DNA of 64,000 nucleotides from the human T2T-CHM13v2.0 reference genome, Homo sapiens (GCF_009914755.1 NC_060929.1); one strand, 5' to 3'; positions 12,599 to 27,055 are shown, numbered from the stretch's first letter. The notes: generated from the sequence alone by a model not told the origin. A program made the numbers and translations.

Positions 12599-14081
12599 AA
12601 TCTTCATTTCTCCATAATTCCTTCTCTGGAACTTGTGCCTTGCTTCCTTGGAGCCCTGCCTTCTTTGGGTGGCAGTGAGTTGGGGGGAGTCGGGTGGGGG
12701 CAGGGGTTGCAGGGACAGAATCATCTAGGGAATGGGCCCGTGAGCAAATATGCTATGCACTCTGGCTGTATGATGCTTTAGTCTGGAAAGAGCAACGACT
12801 AATGATGGCTAATTCTAGAATTTCAGGTGTCGCACATGAATTAGCTGAAGTTTTAGTCTAGAGGAAAAGTTGGGAGCCCACAGTGGTGACTATCAACGAC
12901 ATCTCGCAAGTACCCACGTGCAGTAAATACTATTTCCTCATTGTGTCCTTCCCTCCTCCTTACTTCACTTCCTCCCACTTCCATCCTCAATCCAGTGGGA
13001 CCTTTTAGTGAGCCCCTGAACTATTTTTTTTAAAACAAATAAATGAGATGCAAGTTGTCCAGGGTCTTCTGTAGAGTGTGGAAAGAGGGTTTTAGACTTC
13101 ACTGCACAGATCTTGGTGGAGAAATCAGACAAGCAGCTCTGGCTTCTCCAAGGGCTGGTGTTTACTTATCTCCCTTTTCTGTTTCCTGCTGCTCTCAAGT
13201 CTTTCAGTTCTTGTAACCACCTGCTTGTGTTCCCCCTTCCTGTCAGCCTCTCTCCACAGGATCCCCTTCTGGGACATCATTTCATTCCTATTTAAAGGGA
13301 GGAGGAAGCACCTGCTCTCTAATTTCGTCTATCTGCAAAATGTGGCTTTGGGCACCTCACTGAGATGCTAGGTTAGAATCGTCATCTTCCGTGTGTGTTC
13401 CCGTACAAGCACTCATGTATGCCCTTGCCTTGGAACTCCCATCAGGGACTAAAAATTATTTTAAATTTGCCTCCTGAAACATATCCATGTGGCTGTGGCA
13501 CCTTGGTCAGGACATAGTTCCCTGTTAGCTCAGGCCTACCAGGGAGATAGCGCTTATATCTGAGCCTGGTTTCAGTATTTATTACACTTACATGGACCCA
13601 GGAGGAAGCATCCCTTACTCCAGATTATTTTGGTAGTTCATTAAGGGATTTTTGAACAAAACAATGTACATTTTTTAAGGTGATATTATAATATTTAAAG
13701 TGGAAAAACAATCTCTACGCTCTTGCCTTTAAACATAGGGTGGCAAGTAAGCACCTCCCAAACAAGCTCCACTTTCTTTCCTTCTGTTTAAAATTCTGTG
13801 TAATTATCTGAGATTGGTGACTTTCTGATAAAACAGTCTACTTCAGCTCCAGTAATGAGTCCTTCATTTATCTTGATTAATTTTTAATGCTAAAGATTAA
13901 TGTAAAATCTTCTTTAAACATTTGCCATGAGGTAAGAAAAATAATTTATTTAAAAGTCCATGGAGAAATTCATTTGAGGGCCAAATTCTCTGGCAGATAC
14001 TTGGCTTCTTCACTGATGCTGTGATTCTAGTCCTGAACACATGGAATCAATTGTCACAGTGAGGTGTGTTTTAAATGGGGG

Positions 14082-14768
<687 letters not shown>

Positions 14769-15224
14769 AAGTAAAATCTACACCCAAAGACCTATTTTAC
14801 CAGGTTTTATTAAAGATGATTGCTCTCCTCTCCTAAAACTCCCACAACTACTTGGTTAACTAGGTTTTATCTATGCAATGCATTTTTAAAAAATGACATA
14901 TAACTATATAGCCAAGATACATGATTATTTTAAAAAGCACAATGCCAAGGTGTGTGGAGTTTTGGATTCATAAAAATTTTAAGAAATATGTATTTCCTTT
15001 CTCAAAAAATATGTATTTTCCAAACATATATAATGTGTGTATATATGTATATTTGTGCCTGCATAAAATATTTTTTTGAAACATAATAGTGGTTAATTTT
15101 GTGAAGAAAGACTGCCCTTGGAGCTTCTATTTTATCAATTATCACTTTATGAACTGGTTGAATTTGTAATTATTAACACAGGTGACTTTTTTATTTTGAC
15201 GTCAATATGGGCTACCTCATATAT

Positions 15225-16345
15225 TTGTCCAGGTATAAATTAGGCAGAAGTAGCCCCAACAGCTCAGGGGCTTCATATAATCTACATTTATTTCTCACTC
15301 ACAGAACATATTCACATGCAGTGGCAGGAGGCCTTATTCCTGACAATAGAGGTGCTGCCTCTGTATGGCACGAACTTCTCATTCCAGGGGCAGAGGTAGA
15401 GAGACAGGAGAACCAGTGTGCGCTGCTGCCAACTTCAGCCAGGAAGCAGGAAGGAGGCATGGTACTCCTGCTCAGTTTCTATGACCCAGGACAGTTCCAA
15501 GGTCTTGCCCAACTGTAAAGAGGACTGAGAATGATAAACATTTTCATTCCAGTGGGAGAGTGAGAGAGACAGGACTTTAGAAACATTACTATGTTCAACA
15601 TACAAAAGGGAACACTATTTATAAGAAAGCAGCGGCAACATAAAAATGTGTCTTGGGAGCACCTCTCCTAGCCAGCACTTGACTGTTTTTTTTTTTTTTT
15701 TTTTTTTTGCTATGTAACTGTTTCGGGTGCTGTGTCCTATTTGACATATGTCAGTGAGGATGCTTCCATCTCTCAGGGTTGGCTCCTCATGGTTGCAAGG
15801 TGATTGCCACCATCCTTGGTATCATATGCTCATGCAACTACATGAAAAGCCAGGAAGAAAAGATATTTTGTTTACTGGTTTCTCTTTATCAATATATTAA
15901 TAAAGGTTAGGTTCAGATGTATGCATTCACAATCTAAATTTCACAGTGGCTTAAATGTACAAGAAATAGTATTAGCAGGTTGATGGAAGCACAGATGTTC
16001 TTACACTATTATGAATCAATTTATTATGGTTTTATGTTTCTTCCATTATTATACTCTTCAATCACTAGGGTTTGGTCTTCATTGCATGATCCATAGTGGT
16101 CACTGGAGGCCCAGTAATTATACTTACTTTCATAAAAGCAGGGAGAAGAAAATAAACAAGTAAGAAGAACAAAAGGTCTCTGTCTTTTGAGGAAGATTCT
16201 CAGGAGCTGCTGCTGACTCTTTGCTTACTAACCATTGTCCAGAACTTAGTGGTGTCATCTTACCTAGCTGGGAGTTTAATTGGGAAATGTAGTCCATATC
16301 ATGGGGCTACTGTCCCAGCTAAAAATTCTGTTACTATACAAGGCA
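15225..16345. mobile_element. Ancient MLT1/ERVL-type LTR fragments
   Basis: Diverged phrases TTTATTTCTCACTCAC, CAGTGGCTTAAA, CCATTGTCCAGAACTTAGT and GGGAAATGTAGTC; probably several pieces. Confidence 0.4.
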
Positions 16346-16467
16346 TGGAGAGTGGGCAAGGGGATGACTCATTATTTTTGTCATGATCATGGAGGAAGAT
16401 GTTTTCTGAAATCCCTTAGGTATTTTTCCCTCTGTTCTCACAGCCAGAATTGAGTCACATGCCTATA

Positions 16468-16525
16468 GAAGGATAGCCAGATAAAATGAAAGATGTCCAA
16501 TTAAATTAAAATTTCAAAGAATATG
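16468..16525. mobile_element. MER53-like hAT fragment (one arm only)
   Basis: AGGATAGCCAGATAAAATGAAAGATGTCCAATTAAATTAAAATTTCA resembles the MER53 terminus and stops at the duplicated block. Confidence 0.55.
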
Positions 16526-16531
16526 TATATA

Positions 16532-16803
16532 TTTGCAAGGAGGCTCTGGAGTCAGGGCAGGCCATGAACCTGCAACTTGAGCAATTGCACAGGGCCCCAC
16601 GGCAGAAGGACTCCAGGCTTCATTTAATGCTCTGCTGTTGTTACGTTGAGTCTTAACAATTTTTAAAGAAGGGACTCTGCATTTTCATTTTGCACTAGGG
16701 CCTACAAATTCTCTGGTTGGTTCTGTCTAGTCGAGGCCTGGGTAACCTTCTAAAGCAGGCTTAGACTTGGTTCTAATTATTCCTTCCCCTCTGCCTTTGC
16801 AGG
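16532..16803 (+). repeat. 272-bp segment containing MER91, copy 2
   Basis: Direct repeat of 12327-12598 at an offset of 4205 bp. Confidence 0.93.
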
Positions 16804-17892
16804 TTTGGGGTCATCGCTGCCTGAGGCATATGGATTGAAAATAAGGTGCAGATGTTTTCCAAAAGGAATGTGGGACATACCCAAAAACCTATGTCTCTCC
16901 AAATATGTGTTTGGGTAGGAATTGGGAAGAACTTCATAGTATGTTGAACCAGAACAATCATTGATGTTTCTACTCACTTCCTACCTTCTTACCTGAGCAT
17001 TCACCTTCATAACAACACAGACATCACTCAAACAATGAAATTAGAGAGAGACATGAATAGATGTAAAGCCAACCACGTTAGAAAAAGTTAAAAAGGAATG
17101 AAAAATGCTAAATTTCTGCCTTTGACATCAATAGATAATAACACTTTATTTATCAAAGGACTAATTTAAAAACATGTCTATATTATACATAGACCAGTTC
17201 TGGAATAAAGACAAGTAATAAGAGGAGAAGAAGGGAAGAGAAAAAAGGAAGATAATGAAAATGATGAGGATCGAGCATGGATGGAAAGAACAGAAAGGAC
17301 AGCAAAGCAAAACAAAAGAAAACAAAAAAAAGAAGGAACCGTGTAAAAAGAAGCTGAAGAAAGAAAAGGGGCTCAACTATTAAAAAGAGAATATTTTTTC
17401 TCTTTAGTCAATTTAGGGTGGAAGTTAGATGAAATGTATAAGAATTATATTTTCTATTTTTGTATATGCAAAAACCAGCCATCATATTTTGACCTGGCTG
17501 CATGGCATAGAAGGCAATGGAGATAAATATGTGAGGAGCATGTGTTTCAGTAAGATTTCCTTCATGATTTTGATATTAGATTGGCATGACATTGAGTTTT
17601 AAGGTCTCTTGGAAGATTTTTTTTCTCTTTAATGAGGTTTAAAAATGACAACTCAGGGAGGTATTTATGTTTTTAAATATTAAGATAAATGAATAATATA
17701 AATTGGTATTGCGTGTGTATTTTCTCTTACCTACTGGAGGAGAGTGAAAAGTAAACGAAAATCATAGATTGATTAAAAATTTGTGAATATCTACATTACA
17801 GTTGTGTCCAAAAGTTCGGACATTGCAGTTTAAATAGCATTTTCTTGTGGCCAGATTGCCATTGTGATAGTTGGTGTTATTGTCATTTATTT

Positions 17893-20174
17893 ATTTATTT
17901 TAATTTTTAGTTGTTATTTTTATTTTATTTTACTTTAAGTTTTGGGATACATGTATAGAACATGTAGGTTTTTACATAGGTTTACATGCGCCATGGTGGT
18001 GTGCTGCACCTATCAACCCATCATCTAGGTTTTAAGCCCCACATGCATTAGCTATTTGTCCTAATGCTCTCTCTCCTGTTGCTCCCTACCCGCCGACAGG
18101 CCCAGGTATGTGATGTTCCCCACCCTGTGTCCCTGTGTTCTCATTATTCAACTCCCACTTATGAGTGAGAACATGTGGTGTTTGGTTTTCTGTTCCTGTG
18201 TTAGTTTGCTGAGAATGATGGCTTCCAGCTTCATCTAGGTCCCTGCAAATAATATGATCGCTTTCCTTTTTATGGCTGCATAGTATTCCATGGTGTATAT
18301 GTGCCACATTTTCTTTATCCAGTCTATTAGTGATTGGCGTTTGGGTTGGTTCCACGTCTTTGCTATTGTCAATAGTTCTGCAATAAACATATGTGTGCAT
18401 GTGTCTTTAGAGTAGAATGATTAATATTCCTTACGGTATATACCCAGTAATGCGATTGCTGGGTCAAATGGTATTTCTGGTTCTAGATCCTTGAGGAATT
18501 GCCACACTGTCTTCCACAATGGTTGAACTAATTTGCATTACTACTAACAGTGTAAAAGCATTCCTATTTCTCCATAGCCTTGTCAGCATATCTTGTTTCT
18601 TGACTTTTTAACAATGGCCATTCTGACTGGCGTGAGATAGTATCTCATTGTGGTTTTGATTTGCATTTCTCTAATGATCAGTGATGTTGAGCTTTTTTTA
18701 ACATGTTTGTTGGCCATGTGACGGTCTTCTTTTGACGAGTGTCTGTTCATATCCTTTGCCCACTTTTTGATGGGATTGTTAGATATTTCTTGTAAATTAA
18801 TTTAATTTCCTTGTAGATTCTGGATATTAGACCTTTGTCAGATGGGTAGATTGCAAAATTTTTCTCCTATTCTGTAGGTTGACTGTTCACTCTGATGAGA
18901 GTTTCTTTTGCTGTGCAGTAGCTCTTTAGTTTAACTAGATCCCATTTGTCAATTTTGGCTTTTGTTATAATTGCTTTTGGCATTTTTATCATGAAGTCTT
19001 TGCCCATGCCTATGTCCTGAATGATATTGGTTAGGTTTTCTTCTGGGGTTTTTATTGTTTTATGTCTTACATTTAAGTCTTTAATCCATCTTGAGTTAAT
19101 TTTTGTGTAAGGTGTAAGGAAGGGGTCCAGTTTCAGTTTTCTGCATATGGCCAGCCAGTTTTCCCAGCATCATTTATTAAATAGGGAATCCTTTCCCCAT
19201 TCCTTGTTTTTGTCTGATTTGCTGAAGATCAGATGGTTGTAGATGTGTGGTGTTATTTCTGAGGTCTCTGTTATGTTGCATTGGTCTGTATATCCCTTTT
19301 GGTACCAGCACCATGCTGTTTTGGTTATTGTAGCCCTCTAGTATAATTTGAAGTCAGGTAGCATGATGCCACCAGCTTTATTCTTTTTGCTTAGGATTGT
19401 CTTGGCTATACGGGCTCTTTTTTGGTTCCATATGAAATTTAAAGTAGTTTTTTCTAATTCTCTGAAGAATGTCAATGGTAGTTTGATGGGAATAGTATTG
19501 AATATATAAATTGCTTTGGGCAGTATGGCCATTTTCATGATATTGATTCTTCCTATCCATGAGGGTGGAATGTTTTTCCATTTATTTGTGTACTCCCTTA
19601 TTTCCTTGAGCAGTGGTTTGTAGTTCTCCTTGAAGACGTCTTTCATGTCCCTTGTAAGTTGTATTGCTATGTATTTTGTTCCCTTTGTAGCAATTGTGAA
19701 TGGGAGTTCATTCATGATTTGGCTCTCTGCTTGTCTCTTGTTGGCATATAGGAATGCTTGTGAGTTTTTCACACTGATTTTGTATCCTGAGACTTTGCTG
19801 AAGTTGCTTATCAGCTTAAGAAGCTTTTGGCCTGAGATGATGGGTTTTCTAAATATAGAATCATGTCGTCTGCAAACAGAGACAATTTGACTTCCTCGCT
19901 TCCTATCTGAATACGCTTTATTTCTTTCTGTTGCCTGATTACCCTGGCCAGAACTTCCAATACTAGTTGAATAGGAGTGGTGAGAGAGGCCATCTTTGTC
20001 TTGTGCCGGTTTTCAAAGGGAAAGCTTCCAGCTTTTGCTTATTCAGTATGGTATTGGCTGTGGGTTTGTCATAAACAGCTCTTATTATTTTGAGATATGT
20101 TCTGTAACTAACTAGTTTATTGAGAATTTTTTAACATGAAGCGATGTTGAATTTTACTGAAGGCCTTTTCTGCA
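17893..20174 (-). mobile_element. 5'-truncated L1PA (L1PA8-10-like), ~2.3 kb
   Basis: T-rich tail on the left. ORF2 reverse-transcriptase remnants ([16 protein letters not shown] at 19811-19993; ORF 19338-19772). 15-bp TSD TATTGTCATTTATTT at 17878-17892 and 20175-20189. Confidence 0.95.
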
Positions 20175-20465
20175 TATTGTCATTTATTTTTACTGCTAAT
20201 TGGCTTCACACTTGTCATGTAACCTTGGTCCTCTGAACAATTTTCTTTCCAGAATATGAAAGTTATATCAATTTTCTTAAATATGGGAACCAAATGAGGT
20301 AACATGAAAAGTGTCTTGAAAATTATTAAGTTAAAAACAAAACATTTATAATATCTGATTATATTTATAAATGAGCATAACACATCAACTTTCTTGTTTT
20401 ATCCTTTATTTTTCACATCTATCTCAGTGGTAAACTGGCTCCAGACTAGTAATTTTTTTATAGGC

Positions 20466-20845
20466 TGCATTAGTCAGCTCTCACATTGCTATAAAGAACT
20501 ACCTGAGATCTGGCACTCTATTAAGAAAAGAGGTTTAATTGACTCATAATTCTGCAGGCTGTACAGGAAGCATGGCTTAGGAGGCCTCAGGAAACTTACA
20601 GTCATGGCAAAAGATGAAGAGGAAGGAGGCATGTCTTACATGGCCACAGCAGGAGGAAGAGAGTGAAGGGGGAATTGCCACACAGTTTTAAACAACCAGA
20701 TCTCATGAGAACTCACTTTCATGAGAACAGCAAGAGGGAACTCCATCCCCATGATCCAATCATCTCCTACCACACCCATCCTCTAACACTGGGGATTACA
20801 GTTTGAAATGAGATTTGAGTGGGGACACAAATGCAAACCATATTG
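20466..20845 (-). mobile_element. MSTA MaLR solo LTR
   Basis: TGCATTAGTC...GCTATAAAGAACTACCTGAGA...GGGGACACAAATGCAAACCATAT; TSD TAGGC/TAGGT. Confidence 0.9.
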
Positions 20846-21253
20846 TAGGTTATCTCTTCCTCTAGAATACACAGAAAAGAACTGGAGTCTAGAATCATAG
20901 GTCCTTAAGAACAGGGACTCTTGTTCATTCTTATATTTCAAGAACTTTAAATAAAGATTAGCTTTATTTAAATAAATTAGTTTCAAGTTAATGAATTTTG
21001 TCTGTGTGTATTTAATATGACACCTCCCAAAAATAACATCATAATTCAGCATACGAGAGAAACCAATGCTTTCAAGCAGTTGTCATTAAAATACACAAGG
21101 CTTATAAGGCAGGTCTTCTGGAAAACTCTGTATGAAATTAATTTGTGTTAATAAATTAGTTTTATCTAGGATTCTGTTCTTACATTATGTGCATTTTTCT
21201 TCCAGAATACAGCACTACTAATTATACCTCCTTTTTATATACTTGAAAAAAAC

Positions 21254-21742
21254 TTTTTATTTTATTTTATTTTAAAGTTCTGGGTTACATATCCAGAGTG
21301 TGCAGGTTTGTTGCATAGGTATTATACATGTGTCATGGTGGTTTGCTGCACCTATCAACTGGTCATCTAGTTTTTAAGCCCTACATGCACTAGGTATTTG
21401 TCCTAATGCTCTCACTCCCCTTGCCCAACACCCTGACAGGCCCCATTGTGTGATGTTCCCCTCCCTGTGTCCATGTGTTCTCATTGTTCAACTCCCACTT
21501 ATGAGTGAGAAAATGTGGTGTTTGCTTTTCTGTTCCCATGATAGTTTGCTGAGAATGATGGCTTCCTGTTTCATCCATGTACCTGCAAAGGACATGAACC
21601 CATTCTTTTTTATGACTGCATAGTATTCCATTGTGTATATGTGCCACATTTTCTTTATCCAGTCTATCATTGATGGGCATTTGGGTTGGTTCCAAGTCTT
21701 TGTTCTTGTAAATAGTTCTGCAATAAACATACGTGTGCCTTT
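21254..21742 (-). mobile_element. Short L1PA 3'-end fragment
   Basis: ORF2 C-terminus WNQPKCPSMIDWIKKMWHIYTMEYY plus 3'UTR and T-rich tail. Confidence 0.93.
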
Positions 21743-22229
21743 ATCTTTATCTTGTAAAACAAAAATAACCCTTGTATGCAACGATCTAGATTTGGTCTTT
21801 AGAAATGTGGCCACATTTTTATTTCATCAGACAGAAATAATTGAAATACAATGGAACAAAATAACTTCAACCACATAAAGTTCATAAAATTAAATGGGCT
21901 CATCCTGTTCACATTCAGAGGAGAATCACTTGTGGGAATGGAAAAAGCAAAAAAGACAGAATGAAATTCAGTTCAATATCCACTGTAAGCTGGCACGTCC
22001 AACTTTAATACTAATAACTAAATGTGTAACCCACTGAAGTATGTTTATACTTTTAGCAAAAATATTGCCATTTCTTTTAAGGAATGGCACATCCAATAGC
22101 AAAAGCACTGAAAATTTTCTCCTTATGGCCAGGAGAGTTTATAGACAGGAGAGGCAGTCTTCCTAGTCTGGTGTTCAGGTGAAGGTGCTCACACTGCAGC
22201 CTGGAGCTGAGAGATCATTGTGATCAGCT

Positions 22230-22398
22230 GTGATGATGATGAGCAGTTGTTATTGGTGGTGGTTGTGGTGCAGTGGTGGTGGTTGTTATTGTTGTTGTTG
22301 GTAGGGTGATTGTGGGCTGTTACTTTTCATGGTGTTGATGGTGTTAAGGAGTATGATGGTGATGGTGGTGGTAGTTGTGGTGAAGGTGGTGGTGGTGT
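22230..22398. repeat. Degenerate (TGG/TGA/TGT)n trinucleotide tract
   Basis: Mixed GGT, GAT and GTT runs. Confidence 0.85.
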
Positions 22399-23569
22399 TA
22401 GCTCAGCCTTATTCCTGGTATTTCCTGTCTATGTCTACTAGATTGTTATAGTTGGAAGGAACTGGATATCCCTTGGATTATCTAAGCTAAGGAAAGGGCT
22501 AGGAGATATGACGAGTGGCGCTAGTATTGTTGGTAGGTATTCAAAAAATGGGAGGAATCAAGAAACTTTGACTTCATGCCTAGACATCTTGGGAACCCAC
22601 ACAAAGTTGTACAAGCATTTTCTCTGAAACACAGGCCAGTTGTTCAGACAGGCCATGGAAAACTAAAGAATGTGGTTAAGTATGTCAGAATCACCAAAAT
22701 ATCTTCCCAAATTTTACCAGGAACTCCCCATTCCACCTAGAATGAAATACACGTGCCTCTGCATGCTCTCCTCGGTCCCACATGGTCTGTGGTCATTCCA
22801 TCATCTCTCAGGCTCATCTCAGTCCACTGGCTCTTTTCTCATTCTGCTGTAGCCATGTGGACTTTCTCAGTATCAACCTCACTAAAGCCAAGCAAGGGTC
22901 TTGCAGTGGTGGAAGGCTATTCCCCAAGTTGCCACTCTCCAGTCTCATGCTAAGGTCCTTATTTCACAGATCTCCTCCTCAGTGAGTCCTCTAATCACCA
23001 CTCTTGTTAAAGTCTCCTTCCTCAGGCACTCACCTCTATACATCTTATGTTCAGCACTGTTCTCATCTAAAATTATCAATGAGTTTTCTTTGTAATTAAC
23101 CAGAGCCAGTACAGTCTGCAAATGCAGGTATTTCACAACCTGAATGAAAAAAAATTGAAAAAAAAAGGCAAGCCCTACTAATGAAAGAATGTGACTGTAG
23201 CCAGCTCTTAAACAATTGGCTATAGCATGACTGTGAAAAAAAATGGACATTTAGCTAACAGAGTAAGTAAAACTTGGTATGTGCATAGCAGCTGCTTTTT
23301 GTGAAAGTTGTGTGGCTAGACCAAAAAAGTGCAACGTGTAAAGTAAAAGATGTGACTAGATATAATAATTATGCAGTGATTAAGAGAGAAAAACCATAAC
23401 AACTATTGCATCCAGTGAAATCTAGATTTAATTTAAAAAACTGCAAATGCATAGTAATATATTTTATAGTTATACATTTATAGCTACTAAAAGCATTATC
23501 AAGTGATTTCCCACAGAAAACAACTTTGTTTCTATGAGTCTGAAATGCTGTCTGAACTCCCTTTTCCTC

Positions 23570-24610
23570 CATTAAAAAATGAATCTTATAATTTTACTTT
23601 TATAATTTTATTTTGCTATAATTTCACATTTACAGAAAAATTTCAAGATTAGTACAAAGAACTTCTGTATACCCTTTACCCAAGATCAGAAATTGTTTAT
23701 TTTGCCCCATTTACTTTTTCTTTCTCCCTCTCATATGAATATACACATATGTTTATATGTATTATTTTGGAACCATTTTAAATCAATTTCGAGACATAGT
23801 GCCCCATTACCTCTAAATACTTCATTGTGTATTGTCTAACATAACCACAATGATCAAAATCAGAAAATTTTGTTTTGATAAAATATTGTATGATTTATAA
23901 CTCATTGAAATTTTTCAAGTGTCTTAGTAGTAGCATTTATATATATATTTTTTCCCTAATCTATGATGCAATTCGAATTGGGTTAATTGCTGCTAACATC
24001 ATTCAATATAGAAATGCCTTGGCCTTTCTTTGACTTTCTTAACCTTGTTATTTTTCAATAGTGCAGGCCAGTTATTTTTTTGAATATTTCTTAAATTCAG
24101 TAGGTCTGATTTTTACTTATGATTAGTTTCAGCACTGTTGACATACACCACTATAAAAATCAAGTCTAGCAAATAGAGTACAATATTTATTTACAATATA
24201 TTTAGGTAAAATTGATATATAATGAAGTGAAGAAATTCTTAGCATGCAATGTGATGAGTTTTGACAAATGCATGCACTGTGCTGCTATCAAGATATACAA
24301 CATCTCCATCTCCAAAAAAAGATCTCTTGAGCTATTTCCTAGTGAATTCCTCTGCTCCCGATGCAATCTAAGTACTGATCCTTTTTTCTGCCATAGATTA
24401 ATTTTGCCTGTTCAAAAATTTCCCATGAATGCTACTACGTCGTATGCACACTTTTGTATCGAAACTCTTTTGCTCAGCATGTCTGTGAGATTCATACATG
24501 TTGTTTTGTGTATCAATAATGTGTTCCTTCCTATTTGATGAGCAGGTGCCTATATGTGAATGTACAACAATGCATTTCTCCACTATTTTTATGATGGATA
24601 TTTGGGTTGT
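23570..24610 (-). mobile_element. Old L1M (L1MC/MD/ME) 3' fragments
   Basis: AGTACAAAGAACTTCTGTATACCCTTTACCC; GATGAGTTTTGACAAATGCATGCAC; GAGATTCATACATGTTG...GATGGATATTTGGGTTG. Confidence 0.7.
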
Positions 24611-24620
24611 GTGCTAGTTT

Positions 24621-24717
24621 TGTATTGGTTGAAGTTCCTCCAAAGTAACAGAACCAGTAGGAGATGTATGAAGGGATTTGTTACAGAAAAGTGGCTTACA
24701 AAATTGTGGGGGCTGGT
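24621..24717 (-). mobile_element. MLT2 (ERVL LTR) terminal fragment
   Basis: TGTATTGGTT...GTTCCTCCAAAG.AACAGAACCAGTAGGA...GGCTTACAAAATTGTGGGGGCTGG, ending abruptly. Confidence 0.65.
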
Positions 24718-24745
24718 TCCGTAGCTGTAGAGCTGTTATCTCTTT

Positions 24746-25449
24746 GCTTTGCGGCGCTGTGGTGAATTCCCCGCAGACCAAACCTCCCATTCTCCTTAGC
24801 ACTGTCAGCTGAAAACCGCCTATTAAAGCCTCAGTAATGGCGGATGCCTCTCCCCACACCAAGCTCAATCTTTCCAGGTGGACTCCAGACTGCTAGGCTG
24901 GCAGTGAGGATTTCAAGCCAGTAGTTCTTAGCTTGCCGGGCTCCCTGGGAGTGGGACTCACTGAGCGAGATCACTTGGCTCCCTGGCTTCAGCCCCCTTT
25001 CCAGGGGAATGGATGGTTATCCTCTCTCTCTGGGGTTCTACGTGCCACTGGGGTATGAACAAACTAGCTTGGTGCCTGCCCAAACAGCCGCCCAGTTCCG
25101 TGCTTGAAACCCGGGGCCCTGGTGGTGTAGGCTCATGAGGGAATCTCCTGATCTGTGGATTGCAAAAAACCATGGCAAAAGTGTAGTACCGGGGGCGGGT
25201 AGCACAGTCCCTCATCACTTCCCTTGGCTGGAGGAGGGAGGTCTTATGGGTCCTTGCACTTCCCAGGTGAAGGGACGCTCCACCCTGCTTCTGCTTGCTC
25301 TGCATGGATTGCACCCACTGCCTTACCGGTCCCAGAGATCTGAACTTGGTACCTCAGTTGGAAATGCAGAAATCAGCTGCCTTCTGCGTTGGTCTCACTG
25401 AGAGCTGCAGACCAGAGCTGTTTCTGTTAATCCCTCATGGCCCCTCCCC
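24746..25449 (-). mobile_element. Isolated L1PA 5'UTR (promoter region), ~700 bp
   Basis: GC/CpG-richer block with CTTGGCTCCCTGGCTTCAGCCCCCTTTCCAGGG and GGTACCTCAGTTGGAAATGCAGAAATCA, ending GGCCCCTCCC (the reverse of the L1 start). Confidence 0.9.
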
Positions 25450-25451
25450 AG

Positions 25452-25737
25452 TGACTCACACTTTCACATGGCTGGGAGGCCTCAGGAAACTTACAATTAT
25501 GGCAGGAGGTAAAGGGGAAGCACTCACGTCTTACAGGGTGGCAGAAGAGAGTGAGAGTGAGGAAGTGCCACACTTTACAACCATCAGATCGCGTGATAAC
25601 TCACTCACTATCACGAGAACAGCATGGGGGAGACTGCCCCCATGATCCAATTGCCTCCCACCAGGTCCCTCCCTCAACAGGTGGGGATTAAAATTTAAGA
25701 TGAGATTTGGGTCGGGACACACAGGCAAACTATGCCA
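25452..25737 (-). mobile_element. THE1D/MSTA LTR lacking ~70 bp at its left end
   Basis: Starts at TGACTCAC...CACATGGCTGGGAGGCCTCAGGAAACTTACAAT and ends GGGACACACAGGCAAACTATGCCA. Confidence 0.88.
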
Positions 25738-26131
25738 ATTATGTATACATTTTTGTCTTAAGAGGCACTGCTAAACTATATTCCAGGAAGCTTGCATACA
25801 TGCTCACTTTTACAAGGTCTGCTTGAAAATGAGAATTACCCAATATTCTTCCCTGTTACCCACTGAATATGATCAACCTTTTAATTTTCCACTATAACAG
25901 GCAAAAATAGATAGCTTTTTAAGTTGCATTTTAGGATTATTATTGAGGTACATATTCTTTGATTACCTTAAAAAATAGGCTGCTTGATTTTTTTCTGATT
26001 GAATTTTGATATGGATTATTTAATTTTCTTATTAGTATATAATTTTTCATAGATAAATATTATACATGACAAATTATAAATATTTTAATATTTTTTACTT
26101 TCTGTACCTTAGTCTTGTTTCTTGTTTATAT

Positions 26132-26158
26132 TGTGTGTGTGTGTGTGTGTGTGTGTGT
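26132..26158. repeat. (TG)n microsatellite
   Basis: About 13 TG units. Confidence 0.95.
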
Positions 26159-26293
26159 TTAAGCTTTTGAATGCTGCACAATAAATCTGTTGTTTTTCCC
26201 CTTCATTCCTTCTGAAATGAAGGGGAAATCTATTCTATTTTGAAAAATACTTCCTAATCCAAAGTGAAAATATTCTTCTCTAATTTACTCTAG

Positions 26294-26596
<303 letters not shown>

Positions 26597-27055
26597 TGAG
26601 TAGCTGATTATTCTAGAACCAATTTTTCAATATGTAATAATTTACCCATTGATTCTGAAATGCTGCACTTATTATAGACACTTGAATCATTTTGTACGTG
26701 GATTATTTTTCCTGTGCCCAGGAATCTGGAATGCGGAGATCTCCAACTCATATTTGGAATAAAAATCATTGGTTATTTTAATTAACAGATTAATGTAGAT
26801 CTAATTTAGGCTTAATTTCTTCAGTTTAACACATTAGTCATTTAGGTGATGACATTTTGTGAAAACTTGGGCATTCATAGAGGAAGAGCTGATGTCTGTG
26901 TGACACTGTGGGACCCTTGGGGCATTTTTTATGAACTCTGAAATATGATAGTTTTTTTGTATATATCTGTGCCTGTTTTGTTGCAAAATATTTGTTTCTA
27001 AGAATTTTATAGTTTTATTGTTATTGTGATTTGGAAATGCTTGTACATACTGTAG

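Noticed and set aside
17161-17376. Hydrophobic Phe/Leu-rich ORF (also 38101-38316 and 56492-56788)
   Set aside because: Produced by purine/pyrimidine-skewed low-complexity DNA.
18086-19993. ORFs with a reverse-transcriptase motif (FADDMILYL) as an active RT gene
   Set aside because: These are fragments of a 5'-truncated L1 ORF2 broken by stops and frameshifts.
17893-21742. Similar L1 3' ends at 17.9, 21.3 and 42.1 kb as a segmental duplication
   Set aside because: The flanks differ, and two copies have their own TSDs, so they are independent insertions.
24958-25645. Overlapping 88-118 aa ORFs, possibly L1 ORF0
   Set aside because: They lie in an old L1PA 5'UTR and the adjacent LTR. None is recognisable as ORF0, and GC-rich sequence yields chance ORFs.
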